A stretch of 64,000 bases of DNA from Tubiluchus corallicola. Taxonomy: Eukaryota; Animalia; Priapulida. A program made the translations under genes and the position numbers. The DNA lies in contig JAQGDQ010002386.1 in assembly GCA_030141605.1 (NCBI GenBank), forward strand, positions 62,001 through 126,000, written 5' to 3'. Shown piece by piece: positions 39,709 through 52,513 of this stretch (positions are counted from its first letter, which is position 1; each line of letters begins with the position of its first letter). The notes under the pieces are model-generated. The model did no database searches. It was not told where the DNA came from and worked only from the letters and a program-made list of their open reading frames with translations.

Positions 39709-42700
39709 TTAACAAGAATCTTTGCCAGCACAACAACTTTTCTTCTGACCACCACCAGTACCCGTTCCGCAGCACGTTTGTGTAGTGGCACCACTTCCAC
39801 TACCCATCTTCAGACCTTCACAGGTCTTTGCAGCTCCGCAAGCTTCCAAACCTTTGTCTCCACAGGTAAGTTTTAGACTTGTAACATTTTCTGTGCTGAC
39901 TGCATAGTCAAGTGGGTCAACCACCTCAATCTGTAATACAAAAGGAAAAAAAAACGAAAATTTCAAAAAAGCTGCCATATATACACTTTAATCTTGCTGT
40001 GACTTTTACTGAAAACCAGAGCAATAATTTAATAATGCTTGCTTTTTTCCATGAGAGCCCCGCTTCAAAGTTGCTTTTTCATATTCCGAGTTTTGTTTGT
40101 TCTTTGTAAAAAAGTTCAATTATTTGCCTTTTGTCATTTACAGCTATAGCTTGTTTTTACTGATTCTGCTCATGAAAAAGTTCAGCATACCAGTATGGCC
40201 TACAACCAACATTCAAGATTCAAGACTCTCGAACATAGTAATATAATGTATAAGTTTTGTAATTTTGGTAGTAGAACTTATAATACTGGTGAAAATAGTG
40301 CAGATAACAACCATTCTGCTCTAAAAAGCCAGGGTTTGGACAGCACATGGGGGAAATAAGATTTCTAACCTAATGTACAATGGCAAATTAGTACACATTA
40401 ACACAAACCTCACTGATCCTGAATTCTTGTATTTATGCTCATTACTACTGCAGTAAAAAGTCAGGACTTTGTCTCGTTTGTTTGTTTAATTACCGTTTTC
40501 ATATCAGAAGAGCTAGATGCAGGATGGAACTCGAACTTGTCTCTGAGACGACTAGACTGCAGAATAGCAGCAATTTCAGCATCAACCGTCACAGGAATGT
40601 CTTTCTGTAAAAAACAACAACAACAATTTTACATGTAAGAGCAAAGCCTAGAAAAATAATATTACGTTTTTATTTTTTTATCACAACAGGACTGAATGAA
40701 TTCAGTTCCGAATCTGCAAGCATGATGCCATGAGCACGTTTATCTTAAGTGTGTATTGGTACTTGTAATACAACACGTTATTGTAATTTTTTTTGAACAT
40801 TTGTATTTCTGTCAATTTGATTTTGGCATGTGTTGTGTTATGTGGAATAAATGAATCTTGAATTTATCACTTGACAGACTGATTGAGCTCCTACCCCAAG
40901 TGTTTACCCTGCCAGTTTCATGACTATGTGTACTATAGCTTTCAAGATATTGAATGTTAGGAGCTGATGAACATTAATAAAAACAAAAACAAATGGGTTC
41001 TCTTAGATCTGCTCTGAATGCAGATAATAATTTGTACCACTTTAGAATTCGGTTGGTTTACCTTGAATGTAATGTTGCAGTCCAAACGGAACGAATCAGG
41101 GAAGCCAGTGATTCCACCTTTGTAAACAGCATTGCAGGCTTCTTTCTTGTCTGCCGGTAACTTATACAGTCTGTATGTTGTGGAACTAAATCTGGCATCA
41201 CCTATAAACAAGTATACATTTAAAAACACGCTTTCTTGTTTTTCATTCACAACAACAGTTTGAAATGTAGCTGCAACAAAAAGAAACAGTGCAACAACTA
41301 GAGTAGTACTGTTAGTCACAAGTACAAGTACAAAAGTATCATCAAATATGTGGATATTATTTTAAGCTTACAAGCTTTAGCAATCTGGTGATGCATAGTG
41401 TTAAGAAGTATTTTTGCTGGATGTTGTAGAAAAGTAGACTTTGTCATTAAAAACCGGAATCTGCAATAGTTACACCACCACCACCTGTATACCATTTCTT
41501 CTTCCTGAAGCCTCTTTATCAGTGGTTACTGTGGCCAAACGTTTTATTCTTTGTCTCTTTGACAATAATATAAATATTGTTATACAAAAAATCTAGACTT
41601 TTCGATTACGTTTAACGTTATCAAAATTTTCAGACAATATGTATGTAGGTATTTGCACCAAAAGTTACAAGGCTAATGTATGACACTTGCACTTAGTATT
41701 CACTGAGTTGCTAGAGGACATAAAAACAGCCACCAATTGAATAAGCCGATCAAGCCTATCTCAAATTAACGTTCGTGTAAGTTTTATCGAGTATAAGGAT
41801 ATCTAGAAGCATGAACATGACAACATGGATTCTGTACGGTCAGACCTATGACAAAAAGAATTGGGCTTACACCTAGACTTAGACAGATACATGCATTTCA
41901 TCGAGACAATAGGTTGATGAATTTGTAAATTTGTTGCCTAAGCAAGCCATGCGATGCATTGTACATTTGGGAAGTAAGATGAAATGCACTGTAATAAATG
42001 AAGCTCAAGAGCAAAAGTTAAAAGTTGGTAAACATGAAACAACGAGCATTATCTATCAATAAGAAATCATGAAAAGTATATGACTGTTTCTTTCTACATT
42101 TAATGTACGAACTACATGCACCAGACAAGGTTTGAAAGTTATGTGAGCTTACTGACTAGATTTATAGTGCAAAGAATTCAACACTTCTTAAATACATTCA
42201 TACCTACAATTGCTTTGAGCTTATCATCAAAAATAGAATAATAGTGTGACGTCACTAACATTGGACGACTGAAGCCCACGGAAGATGCAATAGAATGCAA
42301 ATCTTGCCACTTGAGGGCACCACCTATACACTCACCTGCACAATATATAATAAACACGTATGTTACGTAACAACCGTAGTACAATTTCTCTGTCAATGTT
42401 AATTACCAAATTACCAACACTGCAAAAAATGATAATATTACTATTAACAATAATATTATGTGTTACGTTATTGTTAATAACTATTGTCAGCACATTTAAC
42501 AAAGTTTTTGGCTACATAATAAAAACAAAGTTGCTGGCTACTAATTTTAAAAATAACTCTGTGGTGTTATTCAGAATTACTGCCACTAGATGGCTTTTGT
42601 TATAAGAAAAAAATTGCACTTATTGCCTATCTGTAAGGCAAAACAAAATGCAACACATTCTTTGTTTAAAGCTAATCAGTAATTAGTTTATTTTGTATAA

Positions 42701-45700
42701 ACATATACAAAGCCAGTAGAACATACACGTTATACACACTGTCCTATTAAATGCTAAAGTAGAATGCCTTAGAGTGCCCATCGGCTTGCACATTTAAAGA
42801 ATGACCAAGCCTCTGGGAAGTTAGGCTTATTTCAATGTTCACAAAAATGTTAGGATTTAGTAATAAAAGTGAGAAAATCGCCTCATGTAATTAGTAAAAT
42901 AAAAAAAGTAGTAATTATTTCACGTTTGAATACTTTCATTTTGAATGCCTTTTCTTCCATCAATGATGTCGTTTATCAACTCAAGAATGGCAGCACACTG
43001 TTAATTTCTGTCCAAAGTATAATAGGTTTTTACAAAAAAATTTGATAGCTAATTTTGTGATATTTTTGCATTGAACATTAGTTAAACTGCAGAAGTCTGG
43101 AAATTCGTTAAGCAGTGCGTACTTACAGAGCCACAATACGCTTATGACAGGGGTGTCCAAACTGCGGCCCGCGAAGAGGTTTGTCAACGTAATTAAAGTG
43201 CGGCCCACGCGATCCAGCTGAAGTCCGCGCCAATATCACAAAGATAGTACGGGTAGTTTTTTCCTCTAGATCGGATGGCATTAACCCTTACAAGACCGTT
43301 GTCACTTAATGTCACTGTCGGACATGACGAAATTTAACGTTGCTCACTTAGAACACAAAAACGTGACATAATCACAGAACACAGCAAACTATCACAGAAG
43401 CCGCCATTCAAACACTCAAATGTGCAAGAAATGCGAGAAGCAATCTGATTGGCTGGTAGGAAGACCAATTAGCCAATCTCTAGGCTTCTATTATCGGGCA
43501 TGTTGATCTGTCCAGTCGTCTTCTTGGTCATAGCAGGTACAGATCATTTTGACTTGGTTATTTTACGAAATAAATTATAAATAAAATTATAAAATAACCA
43601 AGACAAAATGATCTACCTACTATGACCAAGAAGACGACTGGGCAGACCAATTTGCGAGTAGCCAGCAACCTGAAAAAGTGTGGTCACCCCTGTTATAGCG
43701 GGATTCCCAGATTTTAGTTTCAGCTGAGGCTCAGTAGTACACGCCTCAATCAGTGGCTATTTCATCGTTTCATCAGATGTAGTATTCTTATAGATCAGAA
43801 TCGTGGATAATAAAAAGAGGAAGATTGAAGAACAGCGAGTCAAGACAGATTAGTATGTACTGTACTACACGGACTGTGTGATACACATTACTAATATGCA
43901 TTGTAATGAAATTACCACTATCTGTCATGAAAGTAGAAATATATGGTTTTTAATATAAATTTTAATAGCTTCTAAAATAGTTTCTTGAGTGTAGTAGTGC
44001 AGTAGTAATGATGTGCGCAAATCAGATGCAAAAAAAATCGTTATTAGGTCCTACTGTACTTGGTTCCTTGTCCAAACTGCATGTGGCCCACAGTAATTGC
44101 GGGAATGTTTAATGTGGCCCAGCTAGTCAGATAATTTGCACACCCCTGGCTTACGAAAAGTCATGAAGTCCACCAGGTGTGTCATAGTTTTCAAGTGAAT
44201 GGTGACTACCACAGTGCCTGAAATTGTCTATGCAGAGGTAGTATAAATTAACTTTATGCTTTATAGACAGTTTTTTGCAAATTTCTTTGTTATATTTTCT
44301 TCTAAGTTTAAGTTATAAACCCAACATGCTAAGTAACTTGTCCTTTCCTTTAAAAAAACTAAAAAGAAGCTTTCTCTGTGCTTACCCCATAGTACTTTAT
44401 GCTGCCTGACACTATCTGGCAATTCTCTGTCAGCATACACATCACTGAAGTATAATTCCCCACCTTCCTGCATTAGAACATAAAATTTTATTTAAAATTT
44501 ATTTATTTTAAAACAATGTAACCATTTGGCATTGTCTGAGATGTAAAATAATTAATATAGTTTAGGTAACTCTATGTTACCAGCATATTTTTGTACAACA
44601 GTGAAACACGGGGTTTAACGATTTCTCAAGAAAAGCAGATTGACAAGTTTCATAGAACTCGTCTAAGGAAAGTTTTAAAGATAAGATGGTCATATGTAAT
44701 AAAAAATGAAGATTTATATAGTAGAACGAAAGAAATTCCTTGGAGTTCAAAAGGCTAGGAGACCATCTCAGATTACCAAGTGAAACACCAGCAACAATTG
44801 CCTTAAGACATAAAACCTTGCAAAAAAAACCCTGGCAAACCAAAAACAATTTGGATAGCTAAGATAAGTAAAGATGATCAACAACTTCAATCAAATCTAG
44901 TTTATGAAGGAGAAGAGCTTATATTGTTAGCAGCACATAGGAGTTGGTGGAATGCTCTAATAAACAATAATGCCTCAATGTCTACAACAGATGAAATGAG
45001 ATGTTGAAAAAGAAGGTAACTCTGCTTAGCAACACATTCTAATATTACTTTCTTATTACACAATGACATAATTTACCTAGAGTTTAAAATTCCAGACATA
45101 CAAGAAATTAGCTTGTGAAGCAGATTATGATTAGGATCAGGATTAGGGTTAGGGTTGGGTTATGTTTAGGATTAGGGTTTAGGGTATTTAAATTGTGTGG
45201 GGAATTGTGACTCCTTCCTATAATTGCTCTGGAAAATTGTTATGATCACCATACACTTTGAAAAAATAAAAAAATGTTGGGAAAAATTCTTAATACAGCA
45301 GTAGTAAGTAAAACAGAAAATTATCAAAATGAAACCTACTACTGAGAGTAAAAGTTTACCTTCAGCACTTTATAACACTCCCTGAGCACGGCGGGCTTGT
45401 CCGGAGAAAGATTCACAACACAGTTAGAACTAAAACATACAAACGTATATGAATGTATATTAACTAAAATAACGGCAATTATAAAACACATAGTAAGTAA
45501 ACCAGTAAAAAGAGCACTAATAATCTTACAGTGTAATAGATACAAAGCATGAATTGAGTACTTCTCATAATATGCTTTTTAGCAATTTGCGATTCAGATT
45601 TTTGTTGAGATGTTTGTTGTTTTTATGACTCTGGTTACTTCCATAAAATTTATTAAATGGGGAATATCACCAAAATTAAATTGAGCTTGAATAACTCGCA

Positions 45701-48700
45701 ATTATATTGTGAATAGAAATATGTACCTCATTCTTCACGAAAATTTCGTGTTTAAGAATCGTTGGCAAAAGTTCGGATAAAATTGTACAGAAAATGAATA
45801 TTTGACTAGGCCGCCATTGAGCATGTACCTGCGCCTGCGCCTCTATGGCGAAATTGCCGTACTACAGATGAAACTTGGCAAAATGCCCAAGGGGAGAAAG
45901 ATTGTACGCAACTCTTGTCTGAGTATTTGTTTACATAGACAAACAGTGTTCGGCATACAGTACTTTACGTAGTTTATACCTAGTGACGGTATCACGGTAA
46001 AGATTAGGTTATTGTGAATTGAATGCGCGATTTGCTAAGTTTTGGTCTTGATTGTTCTTATTGAAAAATGGTCGGTGGAATGTATTACACTAGGATTCAG
46101 CAATTAGATGGGATGCAGCAGTCAGACGGAAAATATCGAAATACGAAGCCAAAATATAATAACATTTAGTTTCCAATGAGCAACAGAAAATTATTGAAGC
46201 AATGAAAGTACAATCTAAAAACCTGGAATCACTCCTACAACCTGTGTGATAATTTCTCGGCTGTTTGCTTTGAAACGTGAGTTTAGAACATGATGAATCT
46301 AGTGTTAATAATATTGTGCTTACACTTCAGAGAGATTCAGTCAGATGCAGTTTTTTGTTTCATTTTAAGCCCAAGTGCATAGCTTATCGATGCAGTTTAG
46401 TCATCTCGAGATTTGTATCCATTTCAATAAAAATATCACAATTACATTATGTAATGCAATGAATAATTATTTTGTCATTGAACCACGTTATATCGTTGGT
46501 TTTTTATATTGTAAAAGTGGATAATAGTTATATTAATAACGAATGTATTATTATCATTAGTTTTTATTTCAGTCCAACTGACCACGAGAATTTTATCTAA
46601 TCCTAATATTGTAATAATACTGCTGTGAAAAAATAAACACAATATGATGTTATCATGTAAAAACAGAAGCTAATGAACAACGGTTAAACTTCAGGTTGGT
46701 ATTAAAAGTCTTACTGATTTAAATAACTAATGAACAACGGTTAAAGTTCTGCTTGGTATTAAAAGTCTTACTGATTTATATAACTGAAACACGACAAAGT
46801 TAAAAATGTTCATATATGTTTAATCAATAAGTCTACAGCTAATATGTTATCGTCTCTGTGTCAGCGGGGTTCACATATTTTTTTTGTCAAGGCTGATAAA
46901 ATGAAGCTGTCACTAAAAATTGTCAGACTAGCATTATAGTTATGCTTCAGTAAGTTTCTCTGTGTTTACAAATTCATTAATTCTTCTAGCAGAATGAAGT
47001 TACTATGTCGGACTTGTTTTACAAGAAAAGAACTTTTGTTACCAAGGCCCACACTTTTGCAGCTTGTATTGCTGACGATGCTTTCAATTAATGCCAGGAG
47101 AATTTTCACAATATGCTGTAGGCCTAGTTTTGCGCAATGATTGTTTACACTCTATTAGAATATACTATAATGGATCTGTAACTTTCGACGGTAGTAAAAT
47201 ATCGCTTTTGATGAAAACATGTTAACGAGTGCAACGACAATCATTTCTGTCAGCTGACTACCTATCCGAACCAAGGCCAGATGCTGTAATGTAGTAATAA
47301 CAGCTTTATTTTTAGCCCAGTTGTGTACGATAGTATCACAACAGGCTGCGTGTACACTCTTTACGCATCAGCCCGAGCTGGGCTAGTTCAATTTTTTCAC
47401 CGTGAGAGGCGTAAGTGCAGCTCCATGGCGTTTCCCGTGAGATACAAAAAAGTTAATTACTCATTAATTAGACAACATACTGCTAAAAATTTTTCGCCAA
47501 GTTGTTCCCGCGGAAGGCAACTATAAAATAAGTTTAACTTGATTTTCATGATATTCCCCCTTTAACAAACATTGCTAAAATAGAATACTGTAGAGTCCAA
47601 TGCTTCTGAAAGCATTATTCATTACCTATTTACGATAAATTTTTAAGAAATAGCTATTCTTCAAAACCTGAAATGGAAGCATTTTTTTTTGTTTAATGGC
47701 TGTGGCAAAATGCAATGCTTAAATTAGAATTAGAATGGCCCTAGAAAGTTTTACATTTACAGGCAGTAAATTAGTTCCATATGCTGTACTTGTAATTAAT
47801 GAAGAAGAGTAAATGGTCACGATTTGTGTATGATCGTCTACCAAAAACCGTATTTCCTTCAATACCTATGTATGGCTCACTACGCTAAAATTAACTCATG
47901 TCTCTGTAACCTGTTAATACAGTTTTTTACTGTTTTGGTCAAAGATTGTAAAATGGATATATTTAAACTATCTCTTGGAGGCAAAGAAGCGCTTCAAGTG
48001 CAGAGAAATTATACAAATGTTGTATCTGTATACCAAGACATCAGACATACAGATCTCAAACAAAGAAAATCACCATATCGGCGCTACAGTTAGGAAAGAA
48101 CAACAGATGTCAAAAAATATAAGGATGAAGCTATGCTAGAGGTTTGTCAAAAACATAACACTTAGCTAACTGCTAAGAACAAAGGTTGTACTCTTGAATA
48201 CTAAATAACAGTGGTCATGTATCAAAAGCAAAATTTTATTACAGATAAGTTTTTAATTACTCTCTTGTAAAGTAGCCTATAAAGAGGTCTGTTTTGCGAT
48301 GAAGTTTTTGTGTTTCATTTCAGAATAATAGAAAGGCTAATTAAAAAACTGATATGATTACACGTTCTTTAACATTGCCAATTATGAAGTAGTAAACATA
48401 CATGATAATATCAATGCTGTTTTCCTGAATGCCAGCATTGGTCAGCTGTTCTATGTAACCATGCACAAACTGTGTATTTGGTTTTGCATATCCAAACTTC
48501 TCAGCATGATATTTCTCATACTGTCTAGCTATCTCCAACTGTAAAATAAAGAAAAGGAGATGAAAACTGATTGAGTTCTTTAATATCTGCTCACCTGCCT
48601 TCCTTGTGATTAGCCTTTCAACAAATACAATTAATCAACTGGGACCGTACATGCAAAAAGTAATAAAATAAGCTGATTTACAAAACAGCCGTGGTTTATA

Positions 48701-51087
48701 TTTCTCTAGAATACAGGTTCGAACAAACCGGAACCCAACCTTCATGGCAGGTCCTACTCAAACAGGATGTCTATGGCAAGACTGGAATCCAACTCATTAT
48801 CAAGGTTAGGCCTCTAAGATGAGCCACTGAACTGGCAGAGGCATCTTAGCTACATTCATATGTGAATGCATCATCTTTCTACGAGGTAAACTACCAGAAT
48901 CAACATGGCAAATGAAATCTCCCAGAGCAAGAATTGAAGTAGTTCACCCATCCAGTAAGTGAAATAACCTACTATAGCTGCAGCACTAATTCTTAACATT
49001 AATTAGTTATCACACACAAAGCAGTAACCGCTCAGGAACACATGTCGCATATGGCTTATTATATACTACAAGTCTGCAATTATGGAATATTTATTATTAA
49101 ACCCAAGCAAGCAATCAAATACTATAATTGATGGGCTACAGTTTATACTCACCAAATGGTAGCGTCATCTTTTCTGGTATTCACAATTCAAATTAATGGG
49201 ACAATTATTGAGCGGTTAATGTCTCAAAGACGTGATTAGAGTGCTTTATTTGCTTGCAGCATGACTGCTATTTGCAGTTTTTGCAGTCTTGTTGTCGAAA
49301 TTTACTAAGCATTAACTGTGAACCTCCACATCAACTTATTTTATTCATACAAAGATAAGAGCTTAATTATTACTAATGAAATTATCTTAACAAGTGCAGA
49401 AAAATTGTTAGTGAAGTGACCTGAATAACAATTTACTGCTCATATCATGTCAAAAATGCATATATTACCATCAGATATTTACTTAAACTGCCTATGATAA
49501 GAACTCCACCTATCACAACATTTTCAAGGCTATAACAACAACACAGACCAAGTATAACACTAAGGCAGAGAATAAACAGCGAGAGACAAGATATAACAGA
49601 ACACTGGCACTTTAACCCTACTGATTTCTTTGCCATGCCTGTTTTGTTAAATACAGCTGAGTCATGATTGGTTAGCATATTAAAAGTGCTAACAGTGTCA
49701 CCAAACTGGTTTTTTAGTGTATACATTCAATCTGTCTGTCGACTTCAAATTTTCTTCATAATTGGAAAGTGGAAATTAATAGCAGTATTAAAATAGGTTT
49801 ACATGTATAGGAAAAAATATGACTCTTCCATATGTAAAGTCTAAATGTTTAGAATATATAGGTCATTCGTACACTTTATAAGTTTATTGACAAACAACAC
49901 AATATGATATACAGCACAATGTACATAAAAAATCACACAAAAGCATCCCAGCATTCCATACACACTATGCAGTACATAGCCTATTATAAAACACCGTTCA
50001 ATTTCAGTTTGCTTACTCAACTAGTTTTTCTACTGACAATGTCATTACTTTTTTATTTTTTAATGCATGACATAGCAAAGTGTTTAGCTGAACATATTCT
50101 CAATTGCATTTGTCCTTGCACAAAAATTTCCTTTAATATTATATAGTCACACACATGTTAGTTACTAAAATAACAGAATTTATTATTTCACCATCTCTAA
50201 AAATAGAAGCTGCAGATTTTAAATTTTGTGACACATGTAGTTAGTTCTTCTGAATATGTTGTTGTGAACTTACAAATAAGAAAATAGAAAATTAATGCAG
50301 GCACACCCAGCTCTCTATGACCTTACATTAAATAATGACGCTGCCACTCTCTACTTGTCTTACATTTAATTTGAAGATGCCAGAGTAAAAGATGCCGTTT
50401 TTGGGTACTGATGCTGAATTTTGTCAACAGAGTCAATTGTATGATTCAGAGTTATATAATCATTTATCATCATTATATGCAATGTGAGATGAATGGTTCA
50501 CAAGAACAGACACAGTATCAGGAATTAGATAAATTAATGATACAGGCATACCATTTTCTATACGTTCTTTGTTACTTTATGACATTCATAGGCCTACCTG
50601 TTCTTCTGTCATATCGACTCCAATGATCTTGCCAGATTCACCAACCAGCTTTGAGAGTGCAAAACAGTCACGGCCCGAACCACTACCGAGATCCAGCATG
50701 GTGGTTCCTTCTACAAATTCTGGCAAGACTATACCACATCCATAATACCTAAAAACAATGCAGATCTAAAGAACAAACCAAAAATTTGGCTTGTTATTAA
50801 TATATTAAGAATCCAATAATCATGGGCAATATTAAAAAGTTAATTAGCTTAAATCAGCCATTACCTGTGTAGATTTGCCACCTATTTTAAAAAAAATTGA
50901 ACATTAAGAAAATAAGTAACCTGCAGGTGACTTCATCATGTACAGCACTTAAAGCTTCACGCAGGTGTTTTGCTACTGGCACCTCAGGTGTTACACAGCA
51001 AGATGTTTGCAGTTCACTGCGTTTCTTCACCCTCTTTCCATAGTAGTCCTTCACATCAGTATAAGTTGACTCTACTGGCGCTGACAT
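39709..51087 (-). CDS. AS3MT: Arsenite (As-III) S-adenosylmethionine methyltransferase, 403 aa, 9 coding exons
   Basis: Exons: 51087-50921, 50748-50598, 48538-48402, 45429-45360, 44467-44386, 42335-42204, 41201-41062, 40604-40494, 39930-39709 (1212 nt, TAA stop). Motifs: DVKDYYG, RYYGCG, LDLGSGSGRDC (SAM-binding), ISNCVVNL, GGELYFSDVY, LWGECIGGAL. All four catalytic Cys equivalents are present. A probable non-coding first exon has its donor at 52191-52186. Confidence 0.96.
43148..44148. mobile_element. Non-autonomous hAT (Charlie-like) element in an AS3MT intron
   Basis: TIRs CAGGGGTGTCCAAACT / AATTTGCACACCCCTG. Subterminal TG(C/T)GGCCC repeats. 8-bp target duplication GCTTATGA (43140-43147) / GCTTACGA (44149-44156). 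Confidence 0.88.
43503..43650. repeat. Long inverted repeat (about 62-bp arms, about 24-bp AT-rich loop)
   Basis: CTGTCCAGTCGTCTTCTTGGTCATAG...AGATCATTTTGACTTGGTTATTTTA pairs with TAAAATAACCAAGACAAAATGATCT...CTATGACCAAGAAGACGACTGGGCAG. Confidence 0.92.
45131..45185 (+). repeat. Degenerate interstitial (TTAGGG)n tract
   Basis: About 9 imperfect TTAGGG units, followed by GGGGAATTGT/GGAAAATTGT motifs. Confidence 0.75.
45657..47561 (-). mobile_element. Non-autonomous Kolobok-type DNA transposon, copy 2 (longer, inverted), in an AS3MT intron
   Basis: TTAA flanks (45653-45656, 47562-47565) and the same TIRs as copy 1. High similarity to copy 1 over about 1.4 kb, plus about 420 bp extra (about 45700-46120) and a roughly 57-bp tandem duplication near 46670-46785. 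Confidence 0.85.
48700..49000. repeat. Old interspersed repeat (SINE-like), copy B
   Basis: Diverged direct copy of 17100-17230. Confidence 0.5.
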
Positions 51088-52191
51088 GGTGAAATCTGTC
51101 CAGGAAAAGTGTCAGTGACAATCGATGATGAGAACTAGCAAAAACCCAAACAAAAAAAGTTACAGTAAGGATGGTGATTGTCAACTGATGGACCTCTAGT
51201 GATTACAGTGTAAAATTTTGAAATCTAGAAAGTTAGGAGTACTTGGTGCAATGGCTAGTGTAAGTGCCCAGAAAGCAAAAGACCTAACATTGGCATCCCA
51301 AAATTTTCCTGACTTTTAAACTTAGTAATGTTTTCATGCATTCAGATGATTGACTTCATACTATGAACTTATGTAGTGCAAACTGTGATTTCATACCTCT
51401 AGATAGCAGCTTATAGCAAAAACTTCAGTGTCTTGAAACTCAGCGTGCCTCTGTAGTGTAATAGTTAGTATAGTTAGCACAAATGCTTGGAAAATAGCTC
51501 TGAGGTCTTTTGTTCCAGCACAGGTGCAAAATTTTTCGGATTTCTAGTTTAGTATTGTTTTTGAGTGTTTATATAATTGATTTTGCACTAATACAGTGTG
51601 GATTTGTTTTTGTGGTGCACTGTTGACAGACTTCTAGTAGTTTACAGTGCAAATTACTGAATCTGGAAAGTCAGAGTACTTCTGCGGGGTAAGGATTAGT
51701 ATATTTGCCCACAAAGTATAAGGTCTAAGATTTATCCCAGTAAAGGTGCAAAATTTTTCAGGCTTTCATATAGCTTCTGGGTGTGCATACGATTAGATGT
51801 TGGGCAAAAAAACCAAGAAACAGAACCCAAGAATTTACTACAGTTAGTTGAGCTGCCCATAATGCGACAATATCTCACCTTTGATTCACCTTCGCACCTA
51901 CCCTATTATTATTTGCATTTCGACTTTAGTTTTGGTAGCCTCATTGCAAGGAACACAAAACTAGAGCATGGAATGCACCCAATTTAACTATTCAGCATTT
52001 CGTACATCTGTAAAGACGGAAATTAGTTCTTCAGTGACGCCAGATAAAACAGTGCACGATGTATTGACAGGAGGTTCTTATTAATCTATGCAACATACAA
52101 AAATTATAATATTATACTAACAGTTGTTATTTTGCCCACCTGTTGTTTAATAATTTTATTAAACAATTAATAACACATTCAAGAAACTTAC

Positions 52192-52513
52192 ATTCCAGAT
52201 TCTTCCTACCTGTTTACACCAATTGTTCTTGCGGTCTTCTTATTTTTCCAGTAAAAAACTAGCCCCTCAAAATCACGTGACAATGCACACCGTTGTGTAC
52301 TTTACCTCCGCAAGGGTTTCTGGTTCGGCAACGCTACTGCCCTCTTGTGGACATCTTCATTAAACTTTGCTTACTTGTTTATGTGTATTACTTCTACGTT
52401 TTTTTTATAGTTGCAATGATTGTGTGTTTTGTACAATAACCACACAACAATAAAAAGTTTTAGTGTTTTACCTGAAGTACTGGTATCGGATATGGTCTGA
52501 CAAATAGTTTAGT
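52192..52513. promoter_or_regulatory. Putative bidirectional promoter of AS3MT and PPM1H
   Basis: About 320 bp between a minus-strand donor (GTAAGT, 52191-52186) and the PPM1H ATG, locally CpG-richer. Contains TCACGTGAC (52273-52281), TGCACAC (52284-52290) and a CTCF-like CCACAAGAGGGCAG on the minus strand (52337-52350). Confidence 0.6.

Noticed and set aside
39709-51087. Selenocysteine-containing AS3MT
   Set aside because: All catalytic and tail positions are TGT/TGC, there is no in-frame TGA, and the stop is TAA.
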